In this document: piece by piece, positions 50,412 to 59,349 of the stretch
Layout of the letters: each line of letters starts with the position of its first letter
Numbering within the stretch: position 1 is the stretch's first letter
DNA from: a bacterium
Lineage (GTDB): Bacteria > Omnitrophota > Gorgyraeia > Zapsychrales > Zapsychraceae
Assembly: GCA_030429765.1 (NCBI GenBank)
Contig: JAUIER010000008.1
Coordinates: forward strand, 83,403-147,402
DNA: 64,000 nt
Direction of reading: 5' to 3'
Translations under genes and position numbers: made by a program
Notes under the pieces: model-generated
The model's database searches: none
What the model saw: the letters and a program-made list of their open reading frames with translations, nothing else
Told to the model about the DNA's origin: nothing

Positions 50412-51467
50412 ATGAGCAATCAAATTACCGCCAAATATTTTTCCCAGGAAGATCTACTCAAGTCCGGTTGTCTGGATATGAATATGGCCGTTGCGGCCGC
50501 CGAGGACGCGCTGCTGGAATTCAAGAAGGGCGACGTGCTCTTTCCGCACAAGATCGTGCAGATCTTTAACCAGGACACGCAGGAGCGGATCAATTGTCTG
50601 CCGGCGACATTTTACCGCGACAAGATTTGCGGCATGAAATGGGTGTCCGTGTTTCCGCCCAATCCGGCGAAGTTCGGGGTGCAGAATCTGTCGGCGATGA
50701 TCATTCTGTCTGAAATCGAAAAGGGTTTTCCGATCGCGTTTATGGAAGGCACATTGTGTTCGAATATGCGCGTGGGCGCGATGGGGGCGATGGCGGCCAA
50801 ACATCTTTCTAAGGCCGACGCGGCGTCGATCGGGTTTATCGGTGCCGGCGAGCAGGCCAAGATGCATTTGATCGCGATGAAGACCGTGCGTCCGACCATT
50901 AAGGAATGCCGGGTCGCCGCCAAACTTCCCGAAGAAGAGGCGGCGTTTATTGATGAGATGAGCGCGATTTTTAAGGACATCACATTTAAAGCGGCCGATA
51001 CAAACCTGCAGGCCTCCGTTGACGGGGCAGATATCATCGTTACGGCCACCAGCGTTCAGGCGCCATTGCTCAAAGCCGATTGGGTCAAGCCCGGCGCGTT
51101 TTACAGTCATATCGGCGGGTGGGAGGACGAATACAAAGTCGCTGCTCAGTCGGACAAGATCGTCTGTGACGACTGGGACACGGTCAAGCACCGTACGCAA
51201 ACGCTCAGCCGGATGTACAAGGACGGTGAACTCAAGGACGAGGATATCTACGCCGATTTGATCGATATTGTCGATGGCAGCAAGAAGGGCCGCGAAAACG
51301 ATGACGAGCGGATTTACTTCAATGCCGTTGGATTGGCCTATGTCGATGTCGCGCTGGCAATTGCCATGTACCGGCGCGCCCACGAGGCCAATGCCGGCCA
51401 GGACCTGACCATCCAGGATTGCATGATCTTCCAGCACGAGCAGATCAAAGACTGGATCAGGATTTGA
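50412..51467 (+). CDS. Ornithine cyclodeaminase/mu-crystallin-family protein
   Basis: Rossmann motif IGFIGAGEQAKMHL; 351-aa length typical of the family. Confidence 0.7.
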   Translation: MSNQITAKYFSQEDLLKSGCLDMNMAVAAAEDALLEFKKGDVLFPHKIVQIFNQDTQERINCLPATFYRDKICGMKWVSVFPPNPAKFGVQNLSAMIILSEIEKGFPIAFMEGTLCSNMRVGAMGAMAAKHLSKADAASIGFIGAGEQAKMHLIAMKTVRPTIKECRVAAKLPEEEAAFIDEMSAIFKDITFKAADTNLQASVDGADIIVTATSVQAPLLKADWVKPGAFYSHIGGWEDEYKVAAQSDKIVCDDWDTVKHRTQTLSRMYKDGELKDEDIYADLIDIVDGSKKGRENDDERIYFNAVGLAYVDVALAIAMYRRAHEANAGQDLTIQDCMIFQHEQIKDWIRI

Positions 51468-51471
51468 AGGG

Positions 51472-51515
51472 TAGACCCGCTTCGCCACCCCCGGGGGATT
51501 TGGAACCAGGTCTGA
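51472..51515 (+). repeat. Dispersed intergenic repeat, copy I
   Basis: TAGACCCGCTTCGCCACCCCCGGGGGATTTGGAACCAGGTCTGAG. Confidence 0.75.
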
Positions 51516-51527
51516 GTCGCTAATGAT

Positions 51528-51555
51528 TTGACATATACGCAGAGCCATGTATAAT
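51528..51555 (+). promoter_or_regulatory. Sigma70 consensus promoter TTGACA-N16-TATAAT
   Basis: ttgacatatacgcagagccatgtataat; exact hexamers. Confidence 0.6.
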
Positions 51556-51561
51556 TAAAGA

Positions 51562-51648
51562 AGAAAAAAGCGCGGAAGCTTTTTTCGCGGGTTAAGGTGC
51601 CCAGCAAAATATATACGCATATATTTTGTTGGGCATTTTTTTTTGCTT
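51562..51648 (+). ncRNA. Candidate ~85-nt small RNA or attenuator-type leader: two hairpins, the second a strong intrinsic terminator
   Basis: Hairpin 1: AAAAAAGC-gcggaa-GCTTTTTT. Hairpin 2: CCCAGCAAAATATAT-acgc-ATATATTTTGTTGGG followed by ATTTTTTTTT. It lies directly downstream of the consensus promoter and ~40 nt upstream of the ATP-grasp start. Confidence 0.4.
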
Positions 51649-51690
51649 AGGGATTTTTGACGGCTGCATTCGGGGGTGCCATTCACAACG

Positions 51691-53148
51691 ATGCTGAAAC
51701 TGCTTCATAGTTACAAGACAGAGAGTTTTTACGACGAGATGTTTACGTCAGACGGCGACGTCCGTCCGGCCTACCGGTTTTTTCTGGATCAGCTGGAAGG
51801 ATTCTCGCTGGATGAACTCAAGGCCAAACAATGCTCGGCCGATAAATCCTACATATCGATGGGGATTACATTTAATGTGTATCACGACGGAGCGGGGGTC
51901 GAACGCACGCTGCCGTTTGATCTGTTTCCGCGCATCATTCCGAGTGACGAATGGGATGTCATTAATCGTGGTCTGATTCAGCGCGTCATCGCCATTGACC
52001 GCTTTATCGATGACATCTACGGCAAACAGCAAATCCTCAAGGACAAGATCGTCCCCGAAGAGATCGTCAAGACATCATCCGGTTATCTGCCGGCGTGTGA
52101 GGGGCTTAAGCCGCCGCAGCAGCGCTGGGCGCATGTGAGCGGGATCGACCTGATCAAGCACGGCGACGGACAAATCTATGTGCTCGAAGACAATTGCCGG
52201 GTACCGTCGGGCGTATCGTATGTGCTGGAAAACCGCGAGATCATGAAGCGGGCCTTTCCGTTTATCTTTCAGCAGATCAAGGTGCGGCCGATCAGCGATT
52301 ATCCCTTAAAATTACGCGAGAGTCTGGAGTTTCTGTCGGAACGGGACAACCCGACGGTGGTGGTGCTGACGCCGGGTATTTACAATTCAGCCTATTTTGA
52401 ACATTCGTTTTTGGCCCAGCAGATGGGGGCTGAGTTGGTTGAGGGTAAAGACTTGATGATCGAGAACGGCTATTGTTACATGCGCACCACTAAAGGATTG
52501 CAGCAGGTCGACGTGATCTACCGTCGATTGGATGATACGTTCATGGACCCTCAGGTATTCCGATCTGAGTCGGTGTTGGGTGTGGCCGGTTTGTTTGAGG
52601 CGTACCGGCGGGGCAACGTGGCCATTGCCAACGCCCCGGGCACCGGTGTGGCCGATGACAAGGTGATTTACGCCTACATGCCGGATATCATCCAGTACTA
52701 CACCGGCGAATCAGCCATCCTCCCGAATGTCCCGACCTATTTGTGTGCCCGTCCCGAAGATCTTCAGTATGTGGCTGAACACATCGATAAGTTGTGTGTG
52801 AAAGCAGCCGATCAGTCCGGCGGGTACGGTATGTTGATCGGGACCAAGTCCACCCGTAAAGAGCAGCGTGATTTTGTCGAGAAGATCAAGAACAATCCGC
52901 GCGGTTACATCGCCCAGCCGGTGATGCAGCTGTCCCGTGTGCCGACATTGATCGGCCGGCAATTGGAAGGACGTCACGTTGATTTGCGACCATACATACT
53001 ATACGGCGAGTCACCGTCGGTGATTCCCGGCGGGTTGAGCCGGGTGGCGCTTAAGAAAGGATCATTGGTGGTCAACTCATCCCAGGGCGGAGGGTCCAAA
53101 GACACCTGGGTGCTGGACACCGCCGAAAGTGAGGTCGACTATGCTTAG
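51691..53148 (+). CDS. Circularly permuted type-2 ATP-grasp protein (copy 1)
   Basis: Paralog of 56811-58310 (shared ...FYDEMF..., ...TPGIYNSAYFEHSFLAQQMG...SQGGGSKDTWVL). ATG 51691 is preferred over the tool's GTG at 51676. Confidence 0.7.
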   Translation: MLKLLHSYKTESFYDEMFTSDGDVRPAYRFFLDQLEGFSLDELKAKQCSADKSYISMGITFNVYHDGAGVERTLPFDLFPRIIPSDEWDVINRGLIQRVIAIDRFIDDIYGKQQILKDKIVPEEIVKTSSGYLPACEGLKPPQQRWAHVSGIDLIKHGDGQIYVLEDNCRVPSGVSYVLENREIMKRAFPFIFQQIKVRPISDYPLKLRESLEFLSERDNPTVVVLTPGIYNSAYFEHSFLAQQMGAELVEGKDLMIENGYCYMRTTKGLQQVDVIYRRLDDTFMDPQVFRSESVLGVAGLFEAYRRGNVAIANAPGTGVADDKVIYAYMPDIIQYYTGESAILPNVPTYLCARPEDLQYVAEHIDKLCVKAADQSGGYGMLIGTKSTRKEQRDFVEKIKNNPRGYIAQPVMQLSRVPTLIGRQLEGRHVDLRPYILYGESPSVIPGGLSRVALKKGSLVVNSSQGGGSKDTWVLDTAESEVDYA

Positions 53149-54106
53149 CCGTGTCGCTGATGCCATTTACTGGATGAGCCGATACATCGAACGGGCCGAG
53201 AACTACGCCCGCTTTGTCGACGTGAATTTTTTTCTGAATATGGATCTGCCTAAAACATTCGCGACGCAGTGGCAGCCGCTCATCGGAATCACCGGTGATG
53301 AACTGCTGTTTGAGTCCATCTATGGCGAGGTCTATTCTCAGGACAATGTGGTCGAGTTTCTGACATTCAATAAAGATAATCCGAGTTCGATTCTCAGCTG
53401 TCTGATTCGCGCGCGCGAGAACGCCCGCAGTATCCGTGAAATTATTTCGAGTGACATGTGGCGGCAGATCAATGAGATGTACTGGAATGTGAAGGATACA
53501 AATCTCACCAACAATCAGGATATCTCGGAGTTTTTTACGTTTATTAAACATGGGTCCCATTTGTTTCAGGGGATCATGGACTCGACGCTGATCCATAACG
53601 AGGCCTATCACTTTGCCAATTGCGGACGTTATATCGAACGGGCGGACAAGATTTCCCGTATTCTTGATATGAAATATTATTATCTGCTGCCGAGCCTGCA
53701 GGACGTGGGGACGCCGCTCGATTATCTGGAGTGGTCGGCGCTGCTGAAATCAGCCAGCGCGTACGAAGTCTATCGGAAAAAGTACGGACGACTGTATTTC
53801 AAAGATATTATCCAGTTTTTGATATTCGACCGGGAATTCCCGCGGGCGATTTATTTTTGTCTGCTGGATATTGATAAGTCGCTGCACACAATTTCCGATA
53901 CACGACTGGATACCTTTCAGAACCAGGCCGAGAAGGAAATGGGAAGGTTGATCTCACAGCTCACGTTTAATGACGTCGAGGATGTGATCCGGTTCGGCGT
54001 GCATGAATATTTAGATGATTTTCAGACCAAGTTGAATCACTTGGGGACGGCCATCACACAAACGTTTTTCGGGCAGGCCCGTATAAATCCAAAGGAGCAT
54101 GTATGA
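53129..54106 (+). CDS. Alpha-E domain protein (copy 1)
   Basis: MLSRVADAIYWMSRYIERAEN.. N-terminus; paralog of 58304-59257; classic partner of the CP-ATP-grasp. Confidence 0.7.
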   Translation: MRSTMLSRVADAIYWMSRYIERAENYARFVDVNFFLNMDLPKTFATQWQPLIGITGDELLFESIYGEVYSQDNVVEFLTFNKDNPSSILSCLIRARENARSIREIISSDMWRQINEMYWNVKDTNLTNNQDISEFFTFIKHGSHLFQGIMDSTLIHNEAYHFANCGRYIERADKISRILDMKYYYLLPSLQDVGTPLDYLEWSALLKSASAYEVYRKKYGRLYFKDIIQFLIFDREFPRAIYFCLLDIDKSLHTISDTRLDTFQNQAEKEMGRLISQLTFNDVEDVIRFGVHEYLDDFQTKLNHLGTAITQTFFGQARINPKEHV

Positions 54107-54846
54107 CGTATTGTTTGGGCATTAAGGTCAAAGAGGGGCTTATCGGTTTGGCGGACACTCGGATCACATCCGGTAACCAGACGATTACAGCCAAGAAGGT
54201 AATTATCGAACAGAAGCGGGGCAGGCACGCGGTATTCCTGATGACGTCGGGGCTGCGGGCGTTAAGAGACAAGGCCATGACATATTTCAATGAGATTATC
54301 GAGGAGTCGGGCGTTGATTATCGCAAGCTGTACAAACTGGTTAATGCCTTCGGTGCGCAGATCCGGCGGGTCAGTCAGGAGGATCGTGAGGCGTTGCGTC
54401 AATCCAATTACATGTTTGATATTCACGCGCTGATTGCCGGGCAGCTCGAAGACGACAAGGAGCATAAGCTTTACATGATCTTTCCAGAGGGTAATTGGGT
54501 GGAGGTCGGTGAGGCGAATCCCTACTTTATCATCGGCAATACCAGTCATGGCAAACCGATCCTCGACCGGGTGCTGCGCAATGATTCCACCCTGGACTTC
54601 GCGCTCAAGGTGAGTTTTCTGTCCTTCAATGCCACGCAGGTGAGTTCCAATGATGTGGACTATCCGGTGGACGTGATCCTTTATCGCAAGGATAGTTTTT
54701 ATATGGTCGATCAGCGACTGACCCAGGAGCAGATGAATCAGTACAGCAGCTGGTGGCAAAAGCGTCTGGGGACCGCCATTGAAGAGTTTCCCAGCGATTG
54801 GGCGGAGGAATTAGTCAAGAAATACCAAGTCTCTCAGGAGCAATAG
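54103..54846 (+). CDS. Anbu (ancestral beta-subunit) proteasome-like Ntn-hydrolase peptidase
   Basis: MTYCLGIKVKEGLIGLADTRITSG: catalytic Thr directly after Met. Sits in an operon with the ATP-grasp/alpha-E pair. Confidence 0.65.
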   Translation: MTYCLGIKVKEGLIGLADTRITSGNQTITAKKVIIEQKRGRHAVFLMTSGLRALRDKAMTYFNEIIEESGVDYRKLYKLVNAFGAQIRRVSQEDREALRQSNYMFDIHALIAGQLEDDKEHKLYMIFPEGNWVEVGEANPYFIIGNTSHGKPILDRVLRNDSTLDFALKVSFLSFNATQVSSNDVDYPVDVILYRKDSFYMVDQRLTQEQMNQYSSWWQKRLGTAIEEFPSDWAEELVKKYQVSQEQ

Positions 54847-54882
54847 TGATAAGCTATATGTACCAAAGGGGGCACGCGAGAA

Positions 54883-55302
54883 TTGAACAACCGGAATATA
54901 ATCCAAATAGTGAGTGGTGTCACTTTAAGTGGATTATTGATAGGCGTGCTTCCGGTTAGTCTTTGGTATTTCACAGAGTTTGATGAATGGCTGATAAATT
55001 TATTCGGTAAATCTCCTGAGTATTCAAGGCTTCATCTCGTGATGGCAAGGAAGGCTTTGATAGCGGTTATGATCGCCGTAAGTTTTCTGATTTGCTATAA
55101 GCTTCGGAATATTAAACGGTATCTTGCCATCAGTTTACTTGCCTCAATTATTCCAGGAACAATTTTGATCCACAAATTCTGCATACATCCTTTGACAATT
55201 AGCGGAAGGTTACGTGTACCGTCTGATTATGTTCCAGAAAATATCGACAACTTTTACACGCCGGTAGAATCATTGGATTTGTCTGGTGGGGGATCAAAGT
55301 AG
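54883..55302 (+). CDS. Hypothetical membrane protein
   Basis: Three hydrophobic helices; no motif. Confidence 0.35.
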   Translation: MNNRNIIQIVSGVTLSGLLIGVLPVSLWYFTEFDEWLINLFGKSPEYSRLHLVMARKALIAVMIAVSFLICYKLRNIKRYLAISLLASIIPGTILIHKFCIHPLTISGRLRVPSDYVPENIDNFYTPVESLDLSGGGSK

Positions 55303-55311
55303 ATATATAAA

Positions 55312-55788
55312 ATGGAAAAATTTAAGCGAGTTTCAAGCTTTGTAGGTATAGCGGTTGTGCTGTTGCCGGTACAAGCCCACGCCTGTCCCGGGTGCATGAT
55401 TATCCCGTCGAGTTCGCGGTTTAATCTGCTGGGATGGCTGTTTTGGCTGTCGTTGATCTACTGGGGAATTATGCTTATTAGCACGGCGGTGCGACAGGGT
55501 CAAAGAGGCCTGTCCCCGGAAGGGGACTGTCCCCTTTGGGGGACAAAGCTTGTTGTTGGTTGCGTGCTTTTGGCGCCATTCACCATGATGATGTCGGTGA
55601 TCGCCCTGCCGATCTTTACCTGTGTGCTGCAGGCCGTTCGGATCATCGTCAACCGGTCAAACTATACAAATCCCAGTTGGGCCGTCCGTTTGATCACGGC
55701 GTTTCAGTGGGTTGTCCTTGTCACCTTTGTGGTGATCTATATTGTCAAACCCGGCGGCGCGTTGCTGCCGTTGACCATAGGACATTAG
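55312..55788 (+). CDS. Hypothetical membrane protein
   Basis: Four hydrophobic helices; CPGC near the N-terminus. Confidence 0.35.
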   Translation: MEKFKRVSSFVGIAVVLLPVQAHACPGCMIIPSSSRFNLLGWLFWLSLIYWGIMLISTAVRQGQRGLSPEGDCPLWGTKLVVGCVLLAPFTMMMSVIALPIFTCVLQAVRIIVNRSNYTNPSWAVRLITAFQWVVLVTFVVIYIVKPGGALLPLTIGH

Positions 55789-55819
55789 TCGGCGCGTCGT
55801 GAATAGACAATTCGGTAAA

Positions 55820-56638
55820 TCAATACCGCGCATGGCCGCTCCAGTCCACCAGCCGATGCCGGAGACGGTTGATCCTGATGTTTAAATAAATTAACAAGGC
55901 CATGGAGAGGGGAAGGATGATGCCGGCCGTTTTTGTCAGCGTTCGCATAACCGGGCGATGTGTCTTGAGAACCTTGAGATCGGTCAGAAAGATGGTCTCG
56001 CAGTCGTCATCGGTCCGTGCAAAACTCGAACGGCGGATCAGTTGGCCTTTGTAGTAGTAGGACGACAGGAATCCCGACAGCCGGATCAGATCACCGGCGC
56101 GGATGTCGCGTAATTTTTGTTTGAGCGCGCGGTCATTGGTCAAAATATGATTGTGGCCGATGTGATCGGTCCGAAAATTGGCGTGAACGCGCGGCGCCAC
56201 CTCGTTATTTTTGGCCTTGGCGAAACACGTATATGCGCCTTGATTGAAGGTCATGTCTTGATAAATCCCCGTCGAGACATTGTGTCCCCAAATCAGACAC
56301 AGATCATTTACGTTAAGGGTGTCGCGAAAGCGCAGCCAGGGGAACAGCGCGGAGAGTACCGTTTTGTTGTTGGATGACACCACCATCCCGACCTGTTCAT
56401 AGAGAAAATGCGTCTGGAACATGAATTCTTTTTTACCGGCCACGACGGCGTACAGTTGCGGTTCGACCGGGATCTGCGCGGGCAGGTAGTTGACCTCATT
56501 CATCGCCGGAGATACAGGCGGAAGCTTGTTGATGTGCGGCTGAAGGCCCAGGCCGATCACCAGCGATCCGATCAGACATCCCACGCAGAGGCGGCGATAG
56601 CGTTTGAGGGTTTCAAATTGTTGTTTGACCGTGTCCAT
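55820..56638 (-). CDS. Hypothetical protein
   Basis: Long minus-strand ORF, unique in not being antisense to a recognised gene. Internal start MDTVKQQ is preferred over 56656 because the extension overlaps an intergenic repeat. Confidence 0.35.
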   Translation of the reverse strand: MDTVKQQFETLKRYRRLCVGCLIGSLVIGLGLQPHINKLPPVSPAMNEVNYLPAQIPVEPQLYAVVAGKKEFMFQTHFLYEQVGMVVSSNNKTVLSALFPWLRFRDTLNVNDLCLIWGHNVSTGIYQDMTFNQGAYTCFAKAKNNEVAPRVHANFRTDHIGHNHILTNDRALKQKLRDIRAGDLIRLSGFLSSYYYKGQLIRRSSFARTDDDCETIFLTDLKVLKTHRPVMRTLTKTAGIILPLSMALLIYLNIRINRLRHRLVDWSGHARY

Positions 56639-56643
56639 CACAT

Positions 56644-56686
56644 ACCCGTTGCACAACCCCCCGGGGATTTGGAACCAGGTCTTAAA
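56644..56686 (+). repeat. Dispersed intergenic repeat, copy J
   Basis: ACCCGTTGCACAACCCCCCGGGGATTTGGAACCAGGTCTTAAAC. Confidence 0.7.
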
Positions 56687-56810
56687 CCCGGTAGGTTGCT
56701 GAATTTTATTTATTTGTATTATTTTAAGCTGATTACGATATAATCAAAAGGTCGTAACAAGCACCCTTTAACTATAGGCGTTGCGTAAGCGCGCGTAAAG
56801 CAGACTTTCC

Positions 56811-58310
56811 GTGTTTTTAAACGATTACTCTCTCGACAATTTTTTCGATGAAATGGTGGATGATCAAGGTCAGGTCCGGTCCTGGTATCAGCAGTTTTAT
56901 GCCAAGATCAGTGATCTCGATCCCATCGAGCTACTCAGCCGTCAACAGGCCGCCGAACGGGCGTTCATGCTCATGGGGGTCACCTTCAATGTCTACAAAG
57001 AAGGGGCCGGTATTGAGAAGATCTTTCCATTTGATATCATCCCGCGCATTATCAACCATGAAGAATGGGCGGTCATCGACAAAGGCCTGCAGCAGCGCAT
57101 CCGCGCGCTGAATCTCTTCATTCACGACATTTACAACGATCAGAAGATTATCAAGGACAAGGTCGTCCCGCGGGAAATTATTGAGACCAGTCCGGGGTAT
57201 CTCAAGGAATGTATCGGCATCAAGCCGCCGCGCAATATCTGGTGTCATATTACCGGGACGGATTTGATCAAGCACAGCGACGGTCAGTACTATGTGTTGG
57301 AGGATAATTTACGAGTCCCGTCGGGGGTGTCGTATGTGTTGGGCAACCGCGATATCATGAAACGGACATTTCCCGAGGTCTTTGAATCACTCGGTGTGCG
57401 GCCCATTCATGACTATCCGCTGCAGCTATTGGAGATGCTGCAGTATCTGTATCGAAAGGAAAATCTGGTGGTTGCCGTTCTGACACCGGGCATCTACAAT
57501 TCTGCGTACTTTGAGCATTCATTTCTGGCCCAGCAGATGGGCGTTCAGCTCGTCGAGGGACGTGATCTGGTGGTCAAGGGTGGGTATGTTTATATGCGCA
57601 CCACCAAGGGTTTTGAGAAGGTGGACGTGATCTACCGGCGGATCGACAGTGAGTTTATTGACCCGCGAAAGTTCAGAGAAGATTCCGTACTGGGTGTCCC
57701 CGGGATCTTTGATGTGTGGAAACGCAAGCATGTCGCGCTGGCCAACGCGCTGGGAACCGGCGTGGCCGATGACAAGGTTGTTTACGTCTACGTGCCGCAG
57801 ATCATCAAGTATTATCTCGACGAGGACCCAATCGTGCAGAATGTCCCGACCTATCTGTGCTGGGAGCGGGACCAACGCGAACATGTGCTGGCTAACATCG
57901 CGACGATGGTGGTCAAGGAGGCCAACCAGTCAGGCGGTTATGGAATGCTCGTCGGCCCGGCATCCACGCGTGAGGAGCAGGACAAATTTAAGGAATTGAT
58001 CAAGGCCAATCCGCGCGAGTATATCGCGCAGCCCACCATGGCCCTATCGCGCGTTCCCACGATTGTGGGGGATCATCTGGAAGGACGTCACGTCGATCTT
58101 CGTCCGTACATCCTGTACGGGGAAGAGATCAAGGTGATGCCCGGCGGACTGACACGGGTGGCGTTAAAGAAGGGCTCACTCGTGGTCAATTCATCGCAGG
58201 GCGGCGGCAGCAAGGACACGTGGGTGTTGAACCATCCCAACCAAATGTCCGAGGATTATTCATCGGGTGAAAGTCAGTCTCAATCACAGAAACAGGCGGA
58301 GTCATGTTAA
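56811..58310 (+). CDS. Circularly permuted type-2 ATP-grasp protein (copy 2)
   Basis: See copy 1; about 60% identity by eye. Confidence 0.7.
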   Translation: MFLNDYSLDNFFDEMVDDQGQVRSWYQQFYAKISDLDPIELLSRQQAAERAFMLMGVTFNVYKEGAGIEKIFPFDIIPRIINHEEWAVIDKGLQQRIRALNLFIHDIYNDQKIIKDKVVPREIIETSPGYLKECIGIKPPRNIWCHITGTDLIKHSDGQYYVLEDNLRVPSGVSYVLGNRDIMKRTFPEVFESLGVRPIHDYPLQLLEMLQYLYRKENLVVAVLTPGIYNSAYFEHSFLAQQMGVQLVEGRDLVVKGGYVYMRTTKGFEKVDVIYRRIDSEFIDPRKFREDSVLGVPGIFDVWKRKHVALANALGTGVADDKVVYVYVPQIIKYYLDEDPIVQNVPTYLCWERDQREHVLANIATMVVKEANQSGGYGMLVGPASTREEQDKFKELIKANPREYIAQPTMALSRVPTIVGDHLEGRHVDLRPYILYGEEIKVMPGGLTRVALKKGSLVVNSSQGGGSKDTWVLNHPNQMSEDYSSGESQSQSQKQAESC

Positions 58311-59257
58311 GTCGCGTCGCCAATTCGATTTACTGGATCAATCGCTATATTGAGCGGGCGGAAAACTATGCCCGTTTTGTTGATGTCAATCACCGTTTGA
58401 CGATGGACCTGCCGCCGGGTTTTCAGGAACAGTGGCGGCCTCTTGTCGAGACAACGGGTGATCATGAGATGTTTGAAAAGAAGTATGGCGAAGATTATTC
58501 TAAAGCCAATGTGGTGGACTTTCTGGTCTTTGATCGGGACAATCCCAATTCAATCTATTCGTGTTTGGCATCGGCCCGAGAGAACGCGCGCACGGTGCGT
58601 GAGATCATCTCGAGTGAGATGTGGCTGCAAATCAATTCATTGTACCTGCAGGTCAAGCAGGGGATTTCCGACGAGAGCTGGGACGAAAGCAATTTGACGG
58701 AGATGATGCAGGCCATCAAGATTGGCGGACACACCTTCAGCGGAATCATGGACGCCACGTATTCGCATGGGGAAGGCTGGCATTTCGGCACCATGGGCCG
58801 ACACTTCGAGCGGGCCGATAAAACAGCGCGCATTCTCGATATGAAATACTATTACTTGCTGCCCCGAGTCCAGGATGTCAATACACCGCTGGATCTGCTG
58901 CAGTGGTCGGCCTTGTTAAGGTCGGCGAGCGCGTACGAAATGTATCGTAAACAGCATGGCAATTTAAACGTGAAGAAGATTATCACCTTTCTGGCCCTTG
59001 ACCGTAATTTTCCGCGCTCGATGCATCATTGTCTGATCGAGGCCGAGCAGTCTTTGCATGAAATTACCGGAACGTCTATTTCATCATTTTCCACGCGGGC
59101 GGAAAAGGAGATTGGTTTGATGCGATCGGAGATGGATTACACGGACATTACGGATATCTTGAATCAGGGGCTTCATGAATATCTGGATGATTTTCAGACC
59201 AAGCACAATAGCGTCGGACAGGTGATTTTTGAGACTTTCTTCGCGATTCGCGACTAG
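58304..59257 (+). CDS. Alpha-E domain protein (copy 2)
   Basis: MLSRVANSIYWINRYIERAENYARFVDVN.. Confidence 0.7.
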   Translation: MLSRVANSIYWINRYIERAENYARFVDVNHRLTMDLPPGFQEQWRPLVETTGDHEMFEKKYGEDYSKANVVDFLVFDRDNPNSIYSCLASARENARTVREIISSEMWLQINSLYLQVKQGISDESWDESNLTEMMQAIKIGGHTFSGIMDATYSHGEGWHFGTMGRHFERADKTARILDMKYYYLLPRVQDVNTPLDLLQWSALLRSASAYEMYRKQHGNLNVKKIITFLALDRNFPRSMHHCLIEAEQSLHEITGTSISSFSTRAEKEIGLMRSEMDYTDITDILNQGLHEYLDDFQTKHNSVGQVIFETFFAIRD

Positions 59258-59349
59258 CATCAATTTGTGTTTGCCGGGGGGCGGGCACGTAAACTCTTTA
59301 GAGGTTTTCCCATTGATCCAATTATTCAGTTTTTACGACATATCACTGA

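Noticed and set aside
50454-51548. 364-aa minus-strand ORF
   Set aside because: It is antisense to the ornithine-cyclodeaminase-family gene, whose Rossmann motif and length fit a known family; this is a GC-rich shadow frame.
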